Positions 53,541 through 64,000 of a stretch of DNA of 64,000 nucleotides are shown here, piece after piece. This stretch comes from Camelus dromedarius (taxonomy: Eukaryota). The position numbers and the translations under genes were made by a program. The stretch's first letter is position 1. The number at the start of each line of letters is the position of its first letter. Under the pieces are notes generated by a model. The model searched no databases. It was not told the DNA's origin and saw only the letters and a list, made by a program, of their open reading frames with translations. The DNA is taken from the NCBI RefSeq assembly GCF_036321535.1, contig NC_087437.1, forward strand, positions 87,174,001 to 87,238,000, in the 5' to 3' direction.

Positions 53541-54074
53541 TGTATTCTATCAGGATGCCTTTAACCGGAAAGTATGAGAAATTCAAAAAGAATGGCTTAA
53601 ACAAGGACCATGTATTGTTTCATGTAACTCAGTGGTTCTAAGATGTCAGAGTTCCAGCTGGTCACTCTAATGCTCACTGGACTCTGCCTTTCTGGCCATG
53701 AAGGGAGAGCAGGTGCTCCAGACTCAGACACTGGGCCACCCCTGGGTAAATCCAGTGGCACAGAGCAGCGGGCCTCTCCCTATCTATTTTTATCAGAAGG
53801 AAATCCTTCCCAGGAGTCACTGGAATTCTGCTCCAGTCTCATTAGCTTTACTTCCTCTTGACTAAACCAATCGCTGGCTAAATGACTGTAATGATCATGA
53901 TTTGCTCTCAGATGAATCAATATCCCCCCCCCCTCCACACACACCAAGTGGCAGAGGAACCATTTCCCAGGAAAACATGGGAGGTGGACATCTGAACGAT
54001 CTCAGTGTTCCACCAGCAAGGAGAAACCAGGGAACAGACAGTGGGTGAGCAACCAGTGGGCCTCTATTTGCCAG
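53541..54074 (-). mobile_element. MaLR LTR, MLT1K/L-like
   Basis: tgtattctatcaggatgc..aatggcttaaacaagg; ccttcccagga; ctaaaccaatcgctggc; ccagcaaggagaa..gggtgagcaacca. Confidence 0.6.
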
Positions 54075-55224
54075 AAGAATTTTTTTTTATTTAAGTGCAT
54101 TATCACTGCTAAGACACCAATAAATAGCTAAGGAAACGTTTAGGGAAAAAATAGTTTAAAGTGTTGAAAAGAGGGAGGAGTGTTAGGAATTTTTTAAACA
54201 ATCTGAATTGCTGATTTTAAGACTTCTCATTTCGGACCATGCTTTCTCTACCCTCTGTCTCCCAACCCTCTTTTAATCCCCTTCTCCTTGAGTTTCTCTA
54301 ACTGAGTCAAGGTTCTTGATTCCTCGGTACTACTTAACCAGCATATCAAGACTATCCTAAGTGAGAACTATGGCGCCGACCTCCCTCTAACCCCTTCTCA
54401 GTAATGATGCATAGACTAAGAAAGCTTCCTGATAGACTGGCATTGTCAATCAATCAAGCATTTAAGTACTAGTCATGTGTAAACCAAGGACCCTTTCTAG
54501 GTTGTAACCAACAATATATATGGACTTTGATATGTATTGATTGTTCTCTAAATCAAAGGATATTTAAACTATCGGATTATTTACTAGAATTTCTGAAGAT
54601 AATTAAGCTCAGAATTCAAATATTACAATTCATAGTTTATAGGGCCAGAGAAGGAAATTGCTTGTCTACTTTACTAAAGTGAACACACTTAGTACCAGAA
54701 AATAGCCAAGTCAAATAAAAGTCTTTTATTGAAAAATGAATTGCTGTTCATGACCCCGCCCCCCCACTAATTTCAGTTTTCAAATTTGATGTTGCTTTCA
54801 TGAAATGCATTTCATGAAATCAATTTAGAGAAAATCAAAGCTGAATTAAACTTCCCCAGAGATAGAAATACTCCTCCCAAGAAAGCTGCATAGGTTAACT
54901 GTAAACTTTTATGTGTGAATATATCTCCGGGGAAAATGGTAAATAGAAATAAAAAAGAACATTCATGAAGGAATGGGTCACTCTTGACAATTTCCCCCAA
55001 ATATATTAATTTAATATAGCTCAGCTGATAGAATCATTCCATGAAAGATCCATTTCAAATTTGGAATGAATCATTTGTCTATTTTTAAAAATTTCTATTT
55101 GAAAAGATCTGGAATTTAGAACTTTTGATAGGATAACAGCTGGAATTTAGAGAAGTTGCTGACAGTCTCCAAGGTCTCTTTAGTGACCATAGCTCCTGAT
55201 GGAGCACCATTCTTCATCCCCAAG

Positions 55225-55459
55225 TAAGGGTTTCTCAACCTGGGCACTGTCATTCTGGACCAGGTAATTGTTTGTTGTAGGAGGCTGCGCTGTTCTTTGC
55301 AAAATGTTCATTAGCAGGACACCTGGACTTCCACACTAAGATGCCAGTGGTGCCCTGCCAGCCGACTTGTGACAACCAGTGCATCTCCAGACAAATATCC
55401 CCACGGGGCAAAATCAAAACTGCCTCCCACTAACCCCCACATCACATTGAGAACCATTG
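55225..55459. mobile_element. MER20 hAT-Charlie element
   Basis: gggtttctcaacctgggcact..gatgccagtgg..gtgacaaccag..tctccagaca..ggggcaaaatc..ttgagaaccattg. Confidence 0.85.
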
Positions 55460-55474
55460 CCCTAAATCAAAAGA

Positions 55475-55826
55475 GCAGGATTTTCCATGCTTGTGACAAC
55501 ATAAATGGACCTTGAGACCATTATGCTAAGTGAAATAAGCCAGACAGAGAAAGACAAATACTGTATGGTATTACATATATATGGCATCTTAAAAAAAAAA
55601 AAGTCAAACCCATAGAAACAGAGAATAGAAAAGTGGTAGCCAGGGGGTAGAGGTGGAGGAAATAGGGAGAAGTAGCTAAAAGGGTACAAACCTTCAGCTG
55701 TAGGATGAATAAGGCCTGAGGATCTAATGAATAGCATGGTGACTATAGCTGATAACACTGCATCACAAAATTGAAATTTGTTAAAAGAGTAGAATTTAAA
55801 TGTTCTCATCCAAAAAAAAAAAAAAA
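55475..55826 (+). mobile_element. L1MA9-like LINE 3' fragment
   Basis: atggaccttgagaccattatgctaagtgaaataagccagacagagaaagacaaatactgtatg..aagagtagaatttaaatgttctca followed by an A run. Confidence 0.9.
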
Positions 55827-56719
55827 TGAAGAAGAAGAGAAGAGAGTGGTGGGATTTTCAGTGAATCAATAGGATGTGACATTACTATAATTTTTACAGT
55901 TTTTCCTCCAAAGTTTGTATTTATATTTTAGTTAACCTACAAACAGATGCACCTCTACTTATTACGGCTGCTTAATTAAAACAATGACTAATTCAAAGTT
56001 GTTTCCAGCTATCACATCATTTTTTTATGGAAAAGCCTGGCCATAGATATCACAACTGATTTAACTGTCTATTCCCTTTAAAACCAAAACAAGCACAAAA
56101 TTTCTCTATCCTTGCCAAATTGAACATGGCAGTAACAATAATTAATTGAACCTAAAGACACAATTATACAAGCAAAGATGGTAAATCTCAAACTTAAATT
56201 GATTATAGAGATTTCACTCAAGAATATCACCAGTTTCTCAGAAAATGAATATTAATGTAGCATTTTCTAAATTACTGCTACTTACTTCCTCATGGACATT
56301 ATGGTTAACAAAATATAGGTGGAAGATTTAAAGGAAAAATACAGTACAAGTCACCCCAGGACAATAATTCCCACGCCTGATTTTTCGTTTTTTTTTTAAT
56401 CTTCAGAGGCTTAAGGTATTATAAATGTCATAATTTCTTGGGGAGATGTTTGTTCTCCCTACTAGCTTTAATGATGAGCTTGGAGAGCTTGGCCAGCTGC
56501 TTTAGGCTATTTAATGCATCTGAAATAGTGAAGTCACAGCCACAGGAAGATGAACCAGGAAAGCAATGAAGAGGAGGCCGGAGTGCCTGGGGTCAGCTCT
56601 CTAAGGCCAAAGGAGAAACTGAAACTGTTCGTGAGAAAAATCATAAGCAATTTCTACGAGAAAGGAGGAAGGAAATCGGGAGAGACATGGGAAAAGTTAA
56701 GAGGCAAGTTACTCTGAGG

Positions 56720-56884
56720 AGCGTTTCTTAAATTTAATGTGCTTAGGAATCACCTGGGGACCGTGTTAAGATACAGATTCTGATTCAGAACGTCTGGGGT
56801 GGGGCCTGAGAGTCTGCATTTCTATGAATCTCCTAGGTGTTGACATCGCTGGTTGGTGCACGTACACACTGCTGGTTGGGGCAC
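56720..56884. mobile_element. MER5A-like element, 3' end disrupted
   Basis: gaatcacctggggaccgtgttaagatacagattctgattcag..tctggggtggggcctgagagtctgcatttcta. Confidence 0.85.
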
Positions 56885-56993
56885 AGATAGCATTAAGTTG
56901 ACGGAGGTAAATAGAATTCATTCTTTCTAGCTATGTTTGTGGATTCGCATTTACTTTTGGTCAATCTACTAGATTCAAAAAACAATTCAAGGG
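56885..56993 (+). repeat. Inverted repeat arm C (109 bp), partner 58605-58712
   Basis: Manual alignment to the reverse complement of 58605-58712 gives 19 substitutions and 1 indel (~82%). The inner 40 bp differ at only 2 positions plus the indel. Confidence 0.93.
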
Positions 56994-58553
56994 TTCTAGA
57001 ATAGGGTGTGGCAGGGTTCTAGAACACACCCCCTTCCAACATTTTTATGGAAGTAAGTGTTAACTTCGTTCATCACAAAATCTATGAAGCTTACAGGGTA
57101 AATGAATTCATTTCCCCACATTTTCAACAAGTACAAATGTATTTTCTTTATACCTTTTTAAAAGAAATATATGAGGTAGACTGCTGCTTTTATATGCAGG
57201 TTTATTTACTGTTTAAAAAGAGAATATAGAAATAGGTAAAATGTCAGTATGGTTTTCGCTTTTCATATCTCCTTAGGCGGCAAGTCTCTATGATATGTTA
57301 TCTGGTGAAGTAATGAAAAACTCAGATTTCTAAAATCAAACTTAAAGTTAGATATGAGTTTTGGATGATGAGTTTTAAATGAGTTTTCCAGCTCGACCCT
57401 GAGTTTCAACTCGCTTGTTATGACTACCCAGGATGTGCTTTTATCCTAGGCATTTGATTCTTTTTACACCTATGGGAAAACCAAATCCTGGCTTACTTCA
57501 TACTCTCCCCTTCTAAGCAACTAACCAAGGCCTGATTATGTGATAGGTTTTGGCATCGTGTCAGTGTCAAGGTGTACCAGGAAGAGAAGCAGATACAGAG
57601 ATGACAGATAGATGAAGTATCCTTGATGCAAAACATCCGTCAGTGAAGTATAAGCTGGTAGTACCATAAAAATTAGGATGTTTAGGCACAAAAATCTAAA
57701 GACTGACCACCAGTACTAAGTCGAATTATAACCCTCTAAAAGGATGGCATAGAAGGAAAGGGAATGTACACATTTATTTCCATCGCAGATATTTCTAAAC
57801 AGCAGTTTGCATTTTCCACAGGCTATCCTTGGAAACACAAAAAGATATGTTTAGGCATTTTTATACAATATTGTAGGAATAAGAAGTTTCCAAATGTATG
57901 ACCCACTTTTTTTCTGAAAAAAGAAAAGGAAAATGTTCTTACACAAAGGCTTACCATAAACATTCAGATCCCAAAATGTCATACACATACCTTAGTAATC
58001 TGGGTCTAGCTTGATAAAGTATTAAAGGTATACAAAAAGCTTAGAATTTAAAGGTAGATGTATTTTTCCTAAATAAAACTTCCAGTTTTAAACTGATCCG
58101 GACAAGTTGCAGATATTTTAAGCAAAGAAATTAAGGCAATGCAGGTTTATACTCTTGACAAATACATCCCTCACTACTTAACAACCAACACCACAGTCGA
58201 TTTTAAGGCTACAACTCTGGAGGTAACCATCTCCAAATACATACTTTCCATATTACTTAAAATTTAGAGTATCTTCTCAATTCACCTATTCTGACTGTAC
58301 CACAAAAAAAGTTAGATGATCACACTTAGATAATCTGCATAAAGCAAGTAACACTTAAACTTTAGTTCATTCAAGCAATTGGTACATTCAGAAGGGAACA
58401 AAAAAACTTCAAAATTCTCAATAGTTTCATTGAACACAAATATTAAGCATGTATTGAACACAGTGATGAGCATAACTTGTCAGAATTACAGGAATTCCTG
58501 TTCCCAGTAATCCTCTTGCTCTCTGAGAGAGGCAGTGGACAGTGTTCCTGTCA

Positions 58554-58712
<159 letters not shown>

Positions 58713-61700
58713 ACTGTTGATATAATCATATCAACACATTCAAAACACATGACTGCTCATTCTCATTATAGGTGAATGATTAGTATAAGAACAGAGTCAC
58801 AAAGAAAAGCAACCACAGAGAAAGTTAAAGGATAGAAAGTTTCTGCAGCTTTTTAAACTATTTATGTTTGTTTATAAATATATCATCATATATTCAATAT
58901 ATTGACAGAATAATTACAGGTTTAAAGAAGACACAATAAAACTACAAAATAGGAAATATTCATGGGAAGAGGAAATCAAAATAACTGCAAAGACCACTAA
59001 ATTGATAAAAAAGACATTTCACTATAAATGAGTTAAATATGCTTCCACAATGAATCATATTTCTGTTTGTACATGTCTGATATGGCATCTTCTTATTGTC
59101 TCTGGCCAATACCAAACATACTATTCTGTAATATGTATTTTTTCACTACTATATAAATTGTGTACTTAAGTGTAACAAACAAGATGCTTAGCTACCAATT
59201 TGAGGAGAAATTAAAGCAGAACTATGTATTATAGTATGGCCTGTGTAAGGCTTTACTTATTTAGAGAAGGTATTGTTACCCAAAATCTTTAATGATTTTA
59301 TTCAGAATTTTGTGCTAGTTATTAAAAACTCTGATGAATAATAAAATATAACAAGAATGTGTTTTGAATATACTATTAAAAGAAAAGGCAAATGATTTAT
59401 TTTCAACACAGAGAATACTAAGTTCTCATGGATTAGAAATTAAAATATAAACCAATACTTTAAGTTTAATTAATAACAAAGGGTTCATGTTGATTGTCAA
59501 TCTGTTAAATAATGGAAACTATGGTTTTACCACATCCTTCTTCTAAAGTAGAAAACAACCCCACAACTGATTAATGGAAGATGTAGAGGAAGTCTACATA
59601 AAACACGCAAGGATTGCTAACATGAAACAGAACAGGTGAATCAATAAATATAAAAGGACACAGTCATTTTGAAGGGTTCCATATATTCACAAATCAAAAC
59701 ATAATGCTAATACATGCAAAGCATAACATGTCCACGTGTTGTCAATAAAGTGTTTCCTGATGCATGAAAAGCACTACCTTTTCTTTAATCATCCCAATTA
59801 GTTTCTTACAAAGGAAACATTAATCTTAAAAAATGTTAAGAAAAAAATTATGTTTGATAGGTATTAGAAGTCTAAATTTCCAAGCACTGCTTTTTAAAAG
59901 AAGATATTTGGTTAGCTGGTGAGATGATAAATACACTAGGTGAGTATAAGAAAGTTCCTAACCATTAAGTTAAAAAAGATAAAATTCTCAAAGTTAGATT
60001 CTCTATGTTTTGCTGGTTAAATGAAAAAAAAAAAATACATAAACTTAACCTATTCCACTGGAATTCCTTAATGATTAACAATTTTTTTCTTACAATAAAT
60101 TAATCCCAATGAGAAGTAATCATATTTAGATAAAAGGAGAAGGTAGTTGCTGCATGGATTACACAGTGTAATTTCCATAATGGAATTATTTCCTAGGATT
60201 TCAGTTTGGAAATTAACAGTATGCTTAATTACATTGAAATTATGTCTGGAAAAATGATTTTTAAAAAAAGCCTCTACCAATTAATGTTACAGATAATATG
60301 TCAGATTAAATAATGTTGGAAATTATTGGAAAATATGAGAATGCATCCTCACCTTTAAACTATGTTACCAACATTCATTCTCATAAATTCATACCCAATT
60401 CAATTGTTGGTTCTATCACAGTCATAGGTTGGTTTCTCTGAGTTCACACAGGATTTACATAGTAGAATTTAGAGTGCCCACATTCATAAATCAGATTATA
60501 TTGGTGACGCCTTTAGGGGTTTAAATGATTCAATGTTTTTTGTGTAGTAATAACTGAATACATACTAAATGATGAATATATGTCACTCCACATGCTAAGA
60601 CAAACGGATGATTTAATTTCAATATTAATAACCAAAGGAAAAAAGTGTTTGAGGCAAGGAAGATATGACTATTGTCTCCATTTAGTAAATTACTCATTGG
60701 AATGTAGGTTGTTAACTGAAGAACTATGTCTTAAGTTTGCTCTGATGATCATGATGAGGGGAAAGGCCTGGATTAGTCACATCAGCATTTGTTTTCTGCT
60801 CAAAGGAAAAACGCTGAACCAAAAAGAATTGCATCGCACTGTCAATTAAAATAAGTGTAATAGATTAATTAAATTTATTGCATTTACTCAGAAATTGAAT
60901 TTTTAGTGCACTCCATTTAGCATGAATGAGGAAAACACAATTAGCAGCATTACTCATGATTCTGATTCTGCTGTCTATCAAACATAATTATGTCTGCCCT
61001 GGTTATCCCACAGTGTTGCTGCGATGATCACATCATATAAACGTCCTGAAAGCCACCATGAGTTTATAGCATGTTCTACAGATTCAGTGTTCTTGTAAAC
61101 TTGAAATATAAACTAACAACAGTTTCATTTTGGCTTCTGAAATGTATTTAAAATCAACCATCAGTATATGACCTAATAGAGAAGAACCATGGACATAAAA
61201 CTCTTTTTTAAAGCACTTATTTTGTGTTTACAAGGTGCCTTTTGTTTACAGCCAAATAAGAACAATACAAGCTAAGAATTCTAGCCACTTTAAAGTCAAT
61301 GACTGCTAGACTGGAACTTCCCAGCATACAAACCTCAAGTCTCCTGTGATCTGTTGTACAGCAATCTGAGTGTAGCGTAATTGAGATAAGAAGAGAAAGT
61401 TAATGGAATTTGAAAGTCAGCCTGCTCTGAGTGGTTTCTCTGGATCCATCGACTAAATCTAACCTTGCAATACAATGTCTTAAACCCCACACTGATACAG
61501 GCAAGCACCTTAGTTACTAATGCTTTCCTGTCCCAAAATGACACAGACCCGATCATAGCCGTTTCGGGTGGTGCCACTATTCAAATGCCAGAGCATATAG
61601 AATTGTGATGTACAGATACTATATTGCAGTCTGAGTTTCAATGACAATTGGCAACACGGAAAGTTTGTTTTAATTGCTGACAATTTTGAGTTGACAAATT

Positions 61701-64000
61701 TTATGAATTTTAACAAAAAAAAAAGAGTTAGGAAATTATTCTTAAGGGTAAGGTGGGACAATATAGGTGGTTTAATTCTTTAATGCCTGCCTCATGCTAG
61801 GATGGCCAAAGATACAAACTGTCTCTTACCAGATTTCATGTTCTAATGGTGAGATTTCCAAATATTTTTGGTTTGTAGTGAAAAATATGTCATTTCATTA
61901 ATTTCAGGATGTTTTCTATTCAAAGAGCAATGTAGCATATATGAACTTACAGTGATTTAAAATTGGACACATTTTTAAGTGTTAGAACTCCATTTAAGTT
62001 AAGATATAAATAGGAGCTTTTTTGGCAAAAAAAAATCACTGTCGCACGTCTATTATGGATACAATTCTGGATGTCTTTCACATACTTTACTCTGTCTAGT
62101 CTCACTGCTTTTGAATAGAAAATAAAATGCATAAATAGGTGAAGGGGGATACATTCATGAAAACAGGAAGGGAATCCTTTCTCAGTCTCCCTGAGCTGGC
62201 TTTCAGGGAGGCACTAAATCACGATTTGCTGGTCAAAAGGATGTGTGGTGACTGATGGGAATTAGAAGGTGTGGGATGAAGTTAAGGCATAAGAACCAAG
62301 CATAGGGTAACCTGGCTCCAATCTGCTGTCAGTGCTTCTGGAAAGAAGGAAGCCTTTCTGTCATTCCTGCCACTGATCTGCACTGTCACTTTTCCCTCTT
62401 GGCTGGATTGTGGATTTAAGATGCTCAGGAATCTTGCTCTCCCTTTCCTGACTATTCTTTATCTAAACGGAGAGACACAATCAAATGTCTACTGCTTTGC
62501 TCATGGGCACTGATGATGTCATGAAGAATTGTCTGTGCCAAGAATTTACACCGCCTTCCCTTCTTACTAATAAGAATGAGTTAAAAGTTTTTAAAGGACT
62601 CAGTCATTAAAATAAGATTTGGAAACAAATATTCCCAGTTAGAAAGGACAGATTAAAAACCTTAGGTATGGATTTCTGGAGTTTTAAAGAATCATTAACA
62701 CATCAAGATTTTTTTCAAGAGCATTTCAAAATTCTGATTCATGGTGGCTATCTGTTCACTTGGAAAGACCAAGAGAGTTAAACAAATATTCACATCTTAT
62801 AGATTAAGTGCTGCAAATATACAGACAGTACTGAAACAATCTTTTAAATTAAATGCCACAGTTTTTTGCTGAACTGGAAGATCGTTTTAATCATTTAATA
62901 ACATATCTATACTTCGTGGTAATACTATAGTTGCATTTTATGAAATCACAGAGTTATAAAAAATGATCAAATAATCATTTTAAGGTGAACAGTAGGGTTT
63001 AACAGCTAAAAAATTCCAAACTTGTAATAACTGACATGTTTTCCTGTAAAACCTTCAGTTATAAGGTGCTTTTATTGCTAATTGCAAATAACTATGAAAC
63101 CACTACAGCAGAAAACAAACCCATCCTTTGATTATGTCTTGTTTTTACTAAAAAATAATGGCATTTCCTTTCCTGTTCATAGCATCACTGTAATTGTTTC
63201 AACCACATTTCTTGTACACTACTTATCTTTATCATTTTCATCACTTTCTGTTATGATGAAAAGAGTAGCTTTGCTCTAGGTTACAGACAGCAGAAGAGTA
63301 CTTTAATCTGCTCCTAGGTTATACTTAAATGTCACAAATAGAAGAAAATGATACAGGAAGTAATCAGTTTTGTTCTCAGTGTCCTAATTTTCTGTGTAGT
63401 ACTCTGGTCAACCATAACATGGAATCAAGAAATAAAGATGCATTTTCTGATAGAGGTCCACCAAAGCTCAGCTTTTCATTTTTACTGTACATACTTGTGT
63501 ATGGCACTGAGAAAAAATTTAGAGAAGTCAAAGCTTTATTAATGTACTTATCTATTCCAACATAACTTTCATCTATTGTGATTACATAGTCTTAGTTTAA
63601 CAGCTCTTCTGGCCTTCCTATTTATATTTATTTCTACCTAAACATATATAAAACATTTCTGTAATAGATCTAGTTAGTATTGTATTTCATAGACAAAAAA
63701 TTATAAAAATGTTTTTAGACCATGAATGAAGTCAACTATAATTTCTTAATTGTGTGCAAATAAAACTTCCTATAAACTTAAATTTTATAGGCATTTTCTG
63801 TCATAGAAATATTAATTTGTGATAATTTCTCTATCAAATAACCAACAAAAATAATTATGAAAAAATTTTTTAAAAGTTCTGTAGTGCTAGACATTTCTGG
63901 GAAAAACCTCTTGTCCCATGGTATCTTAATGGCTTATTTATGGGATGTAAGCAGATTTCTGGACAAGGTGAGATATTGTCAACTTATTCTTTCTTATTAG

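Noticed and set aside
55462..55809. 115-aa minus-strand ORF
   Set aside because: Antisense to an L1 3' fragment.
58145..58222. 78-nt open AG|...|GTAACC candidate exon inside the arm C/D loop
   Set aside because: No polypyrimidine tract upstream, weak donor, peptide not recognised.
63886..63973. Candidate exon ending AAG|GTGAGA
   Set aside because: Weak acceptor and unrecognised peptide; isolated donor matches are common.

Overview
AT-rich, CpG-depleted mammalian non-coding DNA, either a large intron or intergenic. It is probably camelid: there is a tRNA-Ala-derived SINE resembling the camelid Vic-1 type at 19277. I found no credible protein-coding gene, and all tracked ORFs are short and fall in repeats, low-complexity or random AT-rich sequence. 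The window holds typical ancient eutherian repeats (MIR, L2, L1M, MLT1, LTR16/33, MER5A/20/91, Charlie), microsatellites and a few enhancer-like unique blocks. Repeat family names come from recalled consensus sequences and need RepeatMasker confirmation. The most notable structures are two independent long-range inverted duplications that I could not assign to a single transposon. The first is a ~550-bp pair, ~98% identical (16382-16932 / 28812-29359), flanking 11.9 kb, with a G-quadruplex motif abutting one breakpoint. The second is an older ~109-bp pair, ~82% identical (56885-56993 / 58605-58712), flanking 1.6 kb, with micro-duplications and a hairpin at its junctions. There is also an old ~146-bp tandem duplication at 17752-18024.
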